64,000 bases of DNA. It comes from Antedon mediterranea (taxonomy: Eukaryota > Animalia > Echinodermata). Positions 1-15,100 of this stretch are shown piece by piece. The stretch is from assembly GCF_964355755.1 (NCBI RefSeq), contig NC_092671.1:40000304-40064303 (forward strand). Direction: 5' to 3'. The translations under genes and the position numbers were made by a program. Below the pieces are notes generated by a model. The model was not told the DNA's origin and did no database searches. It saw nothing but the letters and a program-made list of their open reading frames with translations. Within the stretch, counting starts at the first letter, position 1. Every line of letters begins with the position of its first letter.

Positions 1-186
1 GCTCTCGGCATTGTGTAGACAACGAATTAGTCATTTAATTTGGTAGATTTTTGTATTAAAAAAACACGGACACTAATATATTAAGGTGCCTCTGTTTCTG
101 TTGAATAGACTTTTAATAGTTTAGTATAATGTATAAATGATGTAATTATTTATACATTAAGTCACAATTTTTTTACACATGGTAGC

Positions 187-3100
187 CTATCCTGCATCTG
201 CAGAATAAGTGCGCCCTGAAGTACAATCTAAAAATTTAGGAATGTGGGTTAATTTAATTTGTTTATTTTTCCACTTTTTGGCAGGTATGGCTATAAAACA
301 GATTAAATGTATTACAAATAAAGTTTTTTTTTTTAAATATGAAAACATTCTGTCTTTGCCCATAAAAATCACTGCCATAAAAGTAGAATATTTCAACATG
401 TGTTATGTCAGCAAGTAAAACAAAACAAAGTTGTACTTACAATCCATGATGGATAAAGAATCGGGAGAAGTTCCTTGTGGCACTCCTTTCCTCTTTTTTA
501 ATTTCTCGTACATCAACAAAGCTTTACGTCTTCTCTCATCTGCTCTTCTCTGCCTTTCAAGTTCCAATCTTAAAGCTGGATCAATATCTGGCATTGCTAA
601 TGGTTCATGCGTCTCTGACTCTGGGGAGGGGGAAGGGGTAATTGGTTTGAGGGGTGGTGGAAGAGATTGAGTTGCTGGTATCATAGTAGCAACATGATTG
701 ATAAGAGTTGGAGAAGGTGGCTCTGAAATACAACAATATCCATGTTTTGTTAACATTCTTTACTTAACAGTTTAAAGACAAAAGTTGTTAACCAGTCTCT
801 GTGTTAATGTTTTATAAACAAACTTAAAAATGTATTGTAAGTAAGATTTTGCTACTTATTTATTGAGGATTCTGATATTGGAATATATTTTTATTTTATT
901 TTGATATAGTATTTTAATGCAATTTTAATGTTTATACAAATTATATTATCCTAAATGATTTTTTATGCATTTTTAATGTTTATACAAATTATATTCTAAA
1001 TGTTTTTTGTCCAATCAGTGCAATAGGAGACCTACTAGATAGTGATTAAGTTCACTTTTTAGGAATCCTCTCTCTTTTTTTCTTGTTCTTGTCCATTATG
1101 GAGACAAAATAAATGAAGTGAAAGTTTAACCAAAAATTATTACAATGTAACACTGTAGGTTAAAGACCATTTTACAGACATTTTTAATTGCACACCCCAA
1201 AAAGGGGTAAGTCTTTACGTAACTGACATGAGTAATCATTTCCAGGTACTTCAGTGAAATCGTAATAATTCTTTAAATTATAATTGTACTAGTTTTATTG
1301 TCTAGACTACAGATTGAGACACAGACAAATAATTTCCATATTCCAAATTAATTAAGAATTAATAAACACATATTTTCCACTGTGATCACTGTTAATAATT
1401 AACTTTTCTCCAAACTATTATTGGGGAAAACCAGATGAATTTTTAAATAAGCGCACTCAGCAATAGAATAGATACAGGTGTCGCCCATGTAGAACTAATG
1501 ATATGCAGTACAGGTGTTCTGGATGAATGACATATAGGTCAGGTGACAACCAGGTCAAGTAACAATCAAGTCAGGTGACTCAAACAGTTAGCAACATACA
1601 GAATAATTGACAGTGGCTCAATGCTTGAAACTTGTCCTATAAATCAATTTGATTTGAGTGTCCGTGCGGTTATGAGAGGGGGAACCACAAACTGGGGCGA
1701 ACGCAGGTTACAAACTAAAGGAAGTACACTAACCTCAACCGTACAATGGTTGGGCTGACTGACAAGTGAACATTCAAATAGATCTATGGTGAAAAATGCA
1801 TTCTCATACAACAGTATAACAAATGTGTGGATTGTTTAGGATTCTTCTTTGTCTTAAGTTCTGTCTACATTATCAAACTAGTTTGCCAAAAAAAGTTGTG
1901 ATGATCCTAAATATGGTTGGTAGTGATATCCCTAAATATGGTAGTGATATTCCCAAATATGGTAGTGATATGACATCATCATGTCCATATATGGGCACAT
2001 CACATTTGTTTTGTTTTAGTAAGTACAAAAGTGGTATTCTTTCACATTATACATTTTTGTGAACAAGATTCTTGCTACTTTAAAAAAAAAATTAATAAGA
2101 GCCAAGTTTACTATGTGTTTTGCATAAATACTAGGGTTTAATAAAACAACAAGTTGTATTTTATGCCCAGTAGGCCATGACCACATATAACATAACTTAA
2201 TGAAATTAGTGTTCCAATTAAAAACACTACAGAAAACATAACAGTTGTCTTACAAGGGCAGTAAAATGATTATATCAAAAATGATTATGATAAATCAACA
2301 TTGAAGAAAAGCTGAAAAGTTAGCGGCATTTATTTTACACAAAATAACATGTTTAATTCTTGTGTTAAATGCAGACATGGGGTTTCAAAGGGCATTCTCA
2401 ATGCTGAAATAGTATTTTTTGGCAAAAAAATGATTTTGTGGATAATTATTTGATAGAACAGTTGTTAGTCAGTGGATTAATGTTACTACTCAGAGTTATC
2501 AATTATTTGATTGGCTGGATTTAGGATTACAAGGTTTAGAGAACATTGTTAGGAACAACGCAATTGTCGAGCATATATGGTGAATGTCATAATTTGCCTT
2601 TGAGGCTATTTTTGGTCTGTAACATTGAAAATGTTTGAGAATTTTATCCGATAAAATCAGTAAAGTCTAACATTTGTAAAAACTACCAATTAAAATAATG
2701 TATTGTTTTTCTTCTGTCTCACTGCACCATTATATATTTCTTATGGGAATGAAATTAATGTTATTTTTATTTGAATTGGACTAAATACTAGCAACTGTTG
2801 CTGAGCAAGCCATGATTACCAGTCCCAAGGGGAGAATCCTAAGGGGGTGGTGTGCTTTAGCGTTAATGACTAGACCACCAGATTGTGGATTATGCGGTTT
2901 GAATGTTTCCAATGGACCACCAGTTAGAAGTAAGTCAGTATCATGAACAAACCATCAACATTGCATTCACTAGTATACAATCAGTAATAAATATGTTTCA
3001 TACATTTTAATGTACAGAGCAAAATTTCATATCAAGATATTTGAAAGTATGTCTTTTTTTATTTTTTATTAAACCTTATTTAGTGAGAGTGACTCTATAA

Positions 3101-6100
3101 CCCAAACAGTGTTATAACACGGAGAAATAAGTTCTCCATGGCTACACTTTCCCAATCTTGGTAGAAATCATTTCAAAAAAATTGCTAATCAAACCAAGAT
3201 CTTTGGTAGTTAACATAATTTTATATTTCATTTTTTGCTGTTCTATTTGTAGCAATAAAGTAGTTACCGGCAAAATTATTATTCAGCATTATAAAGCTTG
3301 AAAATACTATATTTACAAATATTATTTTAAATGTTTGTATAACTTTTGTACATTAACATTTACATATACAATAACCAGAAACACTTTCTTACATTATATT
3401 AATTATGTGCATTCTCGGTTGTATATTTATTATGTTACTCTGTATTTTGCACTATTATTTGTGAAAATAAATGTTATTATTATTATTAAAAATCAGAACA
3501 TTCTCAATTATCAATCTGTTGGAAGGGACATAATGTCTATATAAATTGAGAGAAATTTTACAATCTCCAATAAACATAGTGAACATGTTTGTCATACAGA
3601 ATTCAACTGTCTAATAGGCTTATAATTTATTATAATTATAAAGTTTAATATCATAACACTAGACAATTAAATGGCAAAACATAATTATTTAAATCAAATC
3701 ACTGGATACCTTGATTTGCCTAGACACATGGTGAACTTAATGTTGTTATAAAGTTTGGTTGGTGAAGAATTGTTATTAGCCTGGGTGCAGAACAATTATT
3801 ATACACATTTGCGGGAAAAAAGTATAGTTATTAAAGTAAGCCTCAGCTAATTTTAATCATCATAACACAACTCCAAGTTAAAAAAAACGTGAATTGGTTT
3901 TCCCTATCCCCTATATATAGGTATTTTTGTGTGTTAATAGGCATTTGTGTGTGTTATATAGGCCAAAATTTAAAAGTGCCGTAAAAAATTTTCCCCAAGA
4001 CCCTGGGATGGGGATTTTTTTTCTGACATTCTATATGGTATACTCTATCAGAAAAAAAAGAAAAAAATTTTCCTATACTTTTTTCCCGCAAAATTTGTAC
4101 TGCACCCAGGCTATATCCACGTAATAAGACATTTCAGAATAATAGTAAATTATTATTCCTATTACGAAGTAATCATAATTATTATTTCAAACACCAACAT
4201 TTTGTTGCAAAACTCTTGTTTTTGGAACAAAAATCTAACACAAACCACATTTTTTGGTTATTTAAAGATAGACTGTGTCTACGTCCTCAATCTGTTCTTA
4301 TTTAATTTGAGAGCTATGGTGCAGTTGCTCCACCCACCTGGGTCTTATTCAAATTGAATAGTATGTTCAACAAAAAATCTAAATGAAACAATTCTTAGCG
4401 GAATGCTCCGAGGTGACTTGTTTATTTCCGAGAAATTATTATTGTTTCACTTGACTTTCATAACATAAATGAAACAATATTACCCGAATATATATAGGTC
4501 TACAAAAAATTGTGAAAACATGAAATGAAACAGAGGAAAATACTTGGTAAAATGTAGAGCATGCAATGTTATACATATAATGAATGTTTATGAGTGTAAT
4601 GGTACAAATAATGGCATGGAGTGAATGATGACAGGTTAAAAAAAGTACTATTGATTGACCGTTCAATAGTGAGTACTAATGCATGCCATGTGAACCACAA
4701 TCGTCCAATCAAATGTCAGGAATTCATTTAGGTGTTATATAAATCTGAATATTACTATACTATTCATTTCATATAATTTTTAGGAGTTACATGCATATGT
4801 AAATACTTGGTGTTTAATAAAGAGCAACAAATCTTTTAAGTATTTATTAAAGTTTATCAATATGCTTAATTAACTGTGTTTTTGAGCAGATCTCTATCTT
4901 ACTTCTATCAAAGCACTCACAGTAGATGCTGTATGAGGAGTTAGAGCAGCTCATGAGTGACTAGTCAAACATGCATACACACATTTGATATTAGTAATGT
5001 TAATTCTGGTTGCCTGGTTCATTATGAAATTCAAGCAATTCACAGAACTTACTTTGTTCAATGTTAAATTGAAGTTTTGGAAGAGGTGGTAGAGTAACAG
5101 TTGCTGATACTACAGTTATAAAAGTAAAAATAACAACATTTAAACGAAACAGACAAACTGACAGAATTAAAAAGGTCATCGCAAACAATGTGCGGCGAAC
5201 ATACATTTAAAATATTTATTTGAGATTAAACAGAGATAAAGAGTTTTGAAACATGTTTATAGTATGAACAGAGATTGATAGATGCATCTGAACAGGTTGT
5301 TGATGGTGTGACCAGCATTATAAAACAACAAAAGAAATAAAGCGTGCTGGTCTAAACAAAGTTTACAACACATGCACAAAAGGATCAAAATAACAACATA
5401 CTCTGTCAAACTCAATCAATCAGGTGACATTGATCACATGATCAGGATGTTTCCAATATGTAATATTTACAGCCACCTGATCAAAGGTTAACATATCTAA
5501 GTCAGTCAAAATTGACAATTTTCATCAGAGGCACACCCATTACAAATAATTTGTTAATATTTTCCTTTTGTGAATATATCTTAAAAAACACATTTGCAAT
5601 TATGGCACTGTGGCTTGGTGGTTTGCTTACCATACCCGGGGTACTGGGCTTACTTCCTAGCTCTGCCATATCAGAATTATGACAAAACAGCATCTCATAA
5701 CAAGACTGGCCTGGGATTGTTTCCAATTCTGTAATTGGCCAGTTATGTGTTCCTCCCAAAGAAGGAAAAACACAAACAATGTTTGACAAGATTTAGAAAT
5801 TAATATAATGTCTTGTGTGCACTTTAAAGAACCTAGTACTCATCTTTTGAGACAATGATGGGGGTTACTCCGGTGTACACATACATACACACAGCCACTG
5901 ACACATAACTCATCAAGAGGGCCTCTTAATTGTCAGCATACGCTTTTTAGGGTCACCCTCTATAAGGTAAGGTGACATACTAAAAAAAAAATAAAACAAA
6001 CCTGGTGCTTCAGTTTGAGTTACAGATTGAGGTATTTCATCTGGCTCTGTGACTGGAGATAACTCAACTAAAAAGACAAACAGACATTAAAACATTACAT

Positions 6101-9100
6101 TGTTTACTATTGTTACTATTGATTGTGACATCAAGATTTTAACTCTGAATTCTGAGATCCCAGGGTTAACAAAGGCCATGGGTGGTTCCTACTGGGGTGG
6201 GCGTTAGTGGAGTCTTTAAGGGCCCGTTCATGCTTAGATATTTACATGGTTAAGTTTGTTTCATGGGCACACTTAATATCGCTATGACAGATAGTAACCA
6301 ACTTACCTGGGTAAATAAATAAAACCTATATTTATTACCCAGAACTTATTTATGTCGAACAATATATTTTCAAGAAAACAACATTACGGTTTAAGAGTTA
6401 TATTATGTTATATACAATTTATACCTTAAGTTTGAAAATGACATAATGAGCAGTAAATTATGACCTGTGTGAATGAGTATTTGCTTAAGGGAAAAATAAC
6501 GTATAAATGCTTTTCATTATCATTCAGTCCCAACAGACTGTTAAAAGTGTGTACTGGAAATGTGAACAATTTAAAAAACAAAAACATGTTTGTAAACTAT
6601 TTGAATGGACTAATAATACAACTAATAATAAAACAATTCAAAGATGTATTAAGCTCTGTCTACACTATCAAACTTTATGTGACAAAAAAATGTGATGTGC
6701 CCATATATGGACATGATGATGTCATATTACTACCATATTTGGGCATATCACAACTATATTTGGGCACATTACATTTTTGTCAAATTAGTTTGATAGTGTA
6801 GGAGCTTTACATATTGTTTATTAGAAGATTTTTGTAAAATTTGTTAGCATGGTTGACCTGAACTTAGCAGCAACAAGTCAACATATAAAGTACACTGCAT
6901 TACTAGCTTCAGGGTGTTACCGGTGGTTGTCATAGCAACATCTCTCAAGAGAATTTCAATACTTTTATTTTGTTATTAATACACCTGATACTGTCAATGT
7001 AAAGTTGTTTAATCAAAGATGGCAAGTAATTATCCAACCCCTGAGATACAGTGTTACAGAATAAAAGGAACTGACAGAATAACACCCAGTATTAGGTGTA
7101 CACAAGTTTTATTCAAAGGCACCTTTTCAGGCATTGGCCTGGTCACACTGCGAGTGAAATGTTGAAATTATGACTGTCTGAAACTCTGTAATTAATACTG
7201 TATATTTACTGTTTATGACCAATAGTAGGCCTACAGTCATGAGGGGTCTGGGTACTGGCAAATATAAAACAATGGGATTATATTCGAGCATAAGATTATA
7301 CTATCATATATTAGTTAAGCTCTGTCTACACTATCAAACTAGTTTGACAACAAAAGTGTGATGTGCTCAAATATGGTAGTTCTATGATCATCATGTCCAT
7401 ATAATATGGGCACACACATCGATGCTTAAGCTCTGTCTACACTATCAAACTAGTTTGGAGAAGCTTACGGATGTCCCTGGACAGCGAACGCTGGGGACAT
7501 ACTGACAAACCGACACATTTTAATGTTCACATTACCTTTCAACAGATATCAATAGTTGAGCAATCAATCAATCATGTTGTTAAAGGCCAGGTGCGGGCAA
7601 AAAATTTCTATTGATCATACATTCCAATAATTATCGATCTATAGTTTCCCCATGTTTCATAATTGTTGGGATTTTATTTGTATTACAGGAGCTTGGTGAA
7701 AATAAGCACTTTCTTATCAGTGGGGGGATAGTTCAAATTACACAGTAAAATCTCTATTCTTTTGTACACAAATTTTGAAAATAGAGAGGCATTTTAAAAA
7801 GCTACGAAAAATAAACGGTGTGGTAAAAAATGTTATCAGATGACTAAATATAGGTAATATAACTTGAATTTTACATTTCTGATATTTTTATTCAACTTCA
7901 GAATTTTATTTTCATGCTATAGTAAAAATTATCCACCGTATATCCATCATCTTTTTTCACCTTCTAGGGAGTCACCAGACATGTTATTACATTATGTTAA
8001 CTACCTAACTACTGAAAAAAAGTCTTCCTGGTTTTTTTGGCAGAATTTTGCAAAATTTTGTATTTGACCATATTAGGGGAAATTCATGGTTTTTCATCTT
8101 GATTTCTGTTACCAATATTTGATTTATGTACAATTAACCCGATATTATATTTAAAATCCATTCCTGTACCTGAGCTTTAAAGCAACACACCTCAAAGGAA
8201 ATCTACTAATGATTCATTTGCAGCGCTTGCAATAGAATGAATATTGGTTGAATTTCCTTAGAGATAAGTTTTGTTTCATAATAACATTAATGTTGTGACT
8301 GATTTTACTTTATTACTGTATGTTTGATTCTAAGCTACAAATATATAACTATAATTTCAGAAAGATTTAGAAAGTCTAATTTCTAAAATCTGAATCACAC
8401 TGAATTAATTTGGTAAAAAGCTTTTCAAGTTTGTAGAGCTTGAGTCAGAAATTGGCAATGTTGGAAAATCAGGAGTTAATAATTAGTTTAAATTAATATA
8501 ACTAGATGGTACGCGAGCGAAGCGAGCGTACCATCTAGGTCGTGCCCACAGATGGTTCTCGAATACACAGTAATTTCAGCGTAACAAAACTGGCGATTTC
8601 AAATGTACGTACCGCAGGACTATATACATTGTCGTTTACAGAAACGAATAAATAGACACGATGATTTATGTAGTCAACTAAAATTAGCACCCTGGGAATT
8701 ACTTCCGAAGGAGAAACTTATCACAAAATGAGTCCAAGTTTTTGATTTGGACTCATTTAAAGAAACCCAATTTGTGTTTTGTATGTAACATTAGGGTTCA
8801 GGGATGGGAAAGCGGATAGGTACAAAGAGGAACAATTTTTAAATATATTCTTTATCCACTCAGTAACGAAATATTGTTTTAATGTTTTATAGGCCTATAA
8901 ATAATACACAGTAAAGTAAGTATACAGTAAAACATTTGCGATTTAATACTTTTTTTATTTTATTTATTTATTTATTTATTTATTTTAAATATTCATTGTA
9001 CACTAATTTTCCCCGTGTATGGCAAGAGATTCATAATTATATTAGAGAACATTATTTATTTAGTTTAGTTAAAACTGTCACTGTCATAATCGATTGAAAT

Positions 9101-12100
9101 ATTAAAGTACCATGTCACGATACACCACTACGACGTTTATATTTGGTAATTATTAATTAATACAAACGTTGAGAAAGAACTGTCAGTATAAAGTTTATTT
9201 GTATATAATAATGTGTTTATATATCTAACAGTAGAGCCTATCCACAATCTCGCAAGTTTATTCTCAAAGGGCCCATATATTTACCTACCGTATGTGTTAA
9301 ACCAAGGGCTCCTAAATTTACCTACAGTACTTGTGTTAAACCAAACTCTGGCAGACTGAGAGATTGGGATGTTCCATTCATCGCAAATCAACAGATTTGT
9401 ATAATCGTATATTAAATCTATCAAAATAGTATTTTTTAAAGAAAATCGGCCTGTCTTCAAAATTATGATGGTGTACTCTAGCTGTTCAACCGGTTTTCAG
9501 CTATTAAAAACAATTATCGTAGGAGGAGATAGGAAAATGCGAAGCCTCCTCGCATTTTTGTGGCAGGTATTTTTCAAGATGGACATCCATTAGACAGTGT
9601 ATACCACGGTCGGAAAACACCCCTATTTGGGGCAAATCGTTGAACCTAAATTTGTTTTAATCGTCAATAACTAATTATCTAACTTATATTAATTAGTAAA
9701 CAGGGTTACATCAGGTGGTTAAAATCAGTACCGAAAGTACGAACCAACTTTATATACCATCGAGTAAAAATTATAGAAGTAAGGCGCGATTTACCGAATT
9801 TTGCCCTTACGTAAATTTATATATAGATGTTATTTATTGTAAATAGTTGTACAATCATGATTAAATGTATTTCTACTATAAGTTAAAACATAAATAAAAT
9901 AGAGTCTGTGAAGAAAATGAACTTTTAAACTGTACAGGTTAACCCAGTGGTGGTATATGTCTTTATTATTATCATGTTTTCACATAAACCAATTTACAAT
10001 ATTATCCAAAAAGTAGACAATATTGATAACAATATGGTTAACATGTCTTTAAACAGAACACTTTATGGGTCAATTATTGAGTGATTCACCAAAGTTTGTG
10101 AACTTGAAAGGAATGCATGGGATAACCTGAAGAAAAAGTTGGTTACATCATAATGAAGTATTATCTTCACAATATTATTACTGTACAGCCACAAACCACT
10201 GCATACTCCAGCAGAAATTCTAGGAAGATGAACTACTTTTGGCTTTTGTGGTTTTGAACTTGAACTAGCCTGATGGACATAGATAACAGTCACCTAGTTA
10301 AAGATGGAACTCCCTACTACAAACCTGGGCTGGGTATTCTTGGCAGAGGTGTTTTAGGTTTTTCCACAACAATTTCTGCAATTTTTTTGATTGGTTTTTC
10401 TTTTTTCCTTTTCTCTCTCTTTTTTCGTGGTTGCCGTGTTCCTATTGGTGACATCATTGTTGATTCATTTTCTTTTAGTTTAACTTCAGGACTCATAGCT
10501 GTATGAAATCAAAAGAATTTATACAAAATTAACATACTTATTAATTAAAGTTATGTATAACATATTCTAGAGTCATGAACTTATTATTTATCTATCCAGA
10601 TAAGTTTTAAAATCCAGAGTTATTCAGTTTAAAGAAATAATTTAGATGCTTTATTTGTCCTTTGTATACTGCTCCAATTAATATTGTACAGCGCTTTAGC
10701 CTTTTTTTGGAAAAGCGCTTTATAAATCTATATAGTATAGTATTGTCAGAGTAAGGAGTTGTCATACTAACCTTTGGGTGGGGGCATAGGGAATAGGTCC
10801 GGGGGTGCAGGGGGTAGGTCTGGTAGTTGATGAAGTGATGGTGCCATTCTAATATTCACTCGATCTACATCTTCAATCTTAACCATATCACTACTGACAA
10901 ATGAGTTTGGGGGTACTAATGTCTGTTTTACTGAGTGTGATATCGGATCAACATTGTTCACTGACTGGGAAAGTGCGTTATTAGTTGGAACTGACTGGGC
11001 TGACTGTCCATTGTTGATGGATATTGACTGAGAAGTTAGTTCATCCCTATTTGTAATTTTTTTGTCTGGTTTGGTAATAGATTCAGAAAAGCTTTTCCAA
11101 GTATATGTACCAGTAAAGACGGTTAATTGTTCTACAATTAAACAAAATAATAATTTATTTTATTTTATATATTTAAGCAATTGAGTGCTTTCTTTTCCTT
11201 TTTACAAACACAATCAAGTTAAAATCAACAGAAACAAAGATTAAGCAAATCTTTGTAAGTGGAGTTGCATTTATTGTGAAATAAAATTTTAAAAAATTAT
11301 GTAAATCAAATACATCCTGGAATTTGAATGAGAAACATACCTAGAAAGAATGGAGTTTCTACAATGAATTTGCAATAATGAATTGTCTTGTCAGCTGGCA
11401 ATGCTATGATAGTAGGTTGAACATGGAAACTGCTGATGTCACTCCCCCAGCCATCTTCACCTTCCCAGGGGACAACAGATGGGAATCTAGAAGCAGCTGG
11501 TGGATATGAAAGGCCTACTGGAGCTAAAGAAACAACATCAAGGAAACACATGGTTAACTAAAACACTAATAAAGGTTTCAGAAAAAAATAGATAAATGTA
11601 TGTAGTTTAGTAATTGATACTTTTTGTGTAGTTTTAAAGTCAAGAGAGGGTAAGCACCTCACCACCTGTTAAACAACTACAATTATTTTCTCATACCAAA
11701 TTGGAACAAAATTGAGATTTCTCAAGTTTATGGGGCAATTGTTATTTATCATATTATTGGAAATTTGGTTAAAACCAGTCATGACTTTAGTTTCAACCAA
11801 TTTTTCAAATTGTAGTAATCTAATTAAAGTTATTAAAAAAAATAAAGCCACAAAAAAGTGTACATAAAGACCAAAAGGATATTTATGAGGGCAGCAGACA
11901 AAATAAGTTTATAGAATTTAAGACTAAACTTCTTCAATTAGTCTGCATTGTATTTCTACAGGACCAACATCTGAATTTAAATTTATTATATACTGTACTC
12001 CCCTGTTTTTTTTAATTTCAAATAGTCTTACAATCTGTGTTGCTAAGAGTGTAGTCTGTTAACAGACATGTTATTTCATTCAATTTCAACAAATAAATAT

Positions 12101-15100
12101 TAAAAAGACAATACAGTATGTAAAGTATATCAAATATAATAGTGTACAAACATCAATAATATAACAATATTAAATATAAATTACTATAAAATAGCATGAT
12201 ATTGATAAATCTTTCAAAGCTTTATAATTATGAACCATGCTCTCATATTAATAAATAATTCCATGTGTGTTTTTTCCTTCTCTTGTATGCCATTCAGTGA
12301 TTGACAATCAAATCATTTTACTTGAAGTTGTCTACTTAAGAAAAGTATTAAGTCATGCAGCGAGACAAAAAGATCATAACCTCCATTAAGAAAAAATATG
12401 GAACTTAGACAGCATGAAATATGAAAGGTTCAATCTTCTTCTTCTTCTAATTGTGTATGTTTGAATTGAATATGTACTTTTTACTTCAATAATAGAGCAA
12501 CACATCTAGGCTAATTGTCAAGTTTAAGCTACATCTCTTAAGCTCTGTCTGCACTATCAAACTAGTTTGACGTGATGTGCCTAAATATGGTAGTGATATG
12601 ACATCATCGTGTCCATATATGGGCACATCACATTTTTTTGTCACATAAAATTTGATAGTATAGACAGAGCTTTAAAGTAGGTTAATTATCAAGTTTTAGC
12701 TACATCTCTAATATACTATTTATGTCCATAATTTCTACACACAACACGATTGCCATTCATGTAGAGATATTTCAAAGTAAACACTTTTATAACTATCTCT
12801 CAATATAAAAAGAATAAATGAAATAGCTGCTTAAGTATCAGAATGGATACTTAAGTACCTGTCTCCACTCGTAATTATGTGTGCGACATATTAAATATTT
12901 CATAATCAAATTGTGTTAGTATTGAGTATCAAAGTATTTATGTTTAACCAGTGACATTTAGTTGTAAAAAGTGGGTTATATTTTAAGTTTCATTTTTAGC
13001 TTGTTAGAGCGAAACTTTGAATGTATACTTTGTGTTTGTCTGTATGCAATAGCATAAATCATTGAAAAGTTAAACAATTCCAACTTACATAACAAAACAA
13101 ATGTATGAAAATGACTGTAATAAACAATAATAAAGGTTAAATTGCATTTAACATTTAAAAACACACCTACACAAATCTGAGAAGGATTAAAGGAATTCTA
13201 TAATGAATCAATTTACTGACAAAATAATTTAACAAAAACATAAAATAAATTTGAAATTTGATTTGATATTGAATTTGTATGTTATATTGAATAGGAATTT
13301 AAGAGAAAACCTAGAGAAAGACATAAACAAATCAATATTATTAAATTAGACGACAACACTAAGGATTATATCAAAGATTAAGGACATTAAGAAAACACCT
13401 ACACAAGTCTGAAAGGATTAACGGATAAAAGGGTAAACAATCAACCAATTAGTGGAGAGTAACAAATGTTTAATCAAATCTTAAATAAAGTTAAATATTG
13501 TAAATTGCTAGCATTTAAGAAAACACCTACACAAATCTCAAAAGAAATTAAAATTGATGAAAATATAAATGATAAAAGACAAAAATATTAGCAACATTTA
13601 AAGCAAATGTCATTTGTAGCTTGTGGTAGTACTTTATGCATTAAACAAGGAATAAGTATATACTTAAATTGCACTATATATATAAATACACCTACACACA
13701 TCTTATGCAATAAAAGCTAAATGAGCTAAATAAAGAAACCTTTTGAATGATACTTGAATTGTGTTGGTTTTTTTTGACAATGATATTTAGTAATAGTTTT
13801 ATTTGATTAAAATTAAAGTAAAGTAAGTTAGTAAATGTCATATTGCTCAGGGTACAAACTTGGTTGAGCAATTGACACATTTTATAAATGATTGGATTGG
13901 TGCCCAGGCTAAGTCTGCAATGGCTAGATTAGCAAACTTACTTGGTGTAGTAGTACAAATAGACCACTGTTAAATCCCAACTAACAGGCAATGTTAACCT
14001 AATATTTATATATTCAACATATGATTTGAAATATATATATATATGCAAACAGAAAAGTTAGTTACAAGTAATTTGATTGATTTGATTTATTCAATATCGG
14101 CTCATTACAATTACAACAGAATACATAAAAATATATAATGAAACAAAAAGCCAGGATTGTCACAAGCGAACCCAATCACTGTTTAAAGACTTTCCTTTAA
14201 CATAAATAAAATATAATATAAATATAAAATAAATGACGAGAAAAAATTAATTAATAAAAATCTAAGACATTAATTAAACAAACCTTAAGGCAAAAACCAC
14301 TTTTGCCTTAAAGAAATTCCTAAGTCAAATACTATTTTATTTAAGTTAAATTTAACACTAACATTTAAACAAATTTTAAGACTTAAAAAAATCAACTTAT
14401 GTTAAAATCTATCAATTTTTTATGTTACCACTTATCTACATTTTCTGTTTTTATTTAAAGCAATTACCAAAATATTGTTTAACCCCTTCATTTACCTTGA
14501 TAAACTGTTACTGCAAAATTACTAGAACAGAAAAGTTATCTAAAAGTATAACATTAAATATCTACACATAACACTTTCACATTGGCACTAGACATTCACA
14601 CCACCTGTTGTTACATTTTTCCTAATACATTTAATTGCAACGTTTCATTACAAAGTTTTCATCATACATGGGGTTGTGATCACATCTAAAATAAACCCTA
14701 CTAGCTACTGGAAGGCATGATACAAGCTAAACAAATAGCCTCACTTGCCCAAGATCGAAAAGTCTTGTAATCGTCTTCTCTGCAGCCGAAGGATAGATAG
14801 ATAGCTACTGGAACTGAAACTGTTTTGGTACGCATATCAGGTAAAAGGAAATTTTCAAATTAGCTGGAACAACAAACATACAGTAGGGTCACAATTTTTT
14901 CTAATTGAATGGGCGGGCAATTTGATGTGATTTGGGTGGGAAGTATAGCTTAAGAAACAATTATGTTGTCTGGGGTTGGTTATGCTGTTACAGGTTTTCC
15001 CTTGGGTTTAGTAAAGGAAATTACAGATTAAAGTAATCATCAACTGGAATTTGTCACTCCCAATACTGGCCTGGGAAAGATGGGAGAGCCTGGAATGTCA

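Noticed and set aside
6460-6801. Recurrent small ORFs with KCDVPIYGHDDVI / LCLHYQT motifs (1823, 6460, 34345, 37284, 42556, 43793, 61411)
   Set aside because: All are translations of the non-coding MITE family A.
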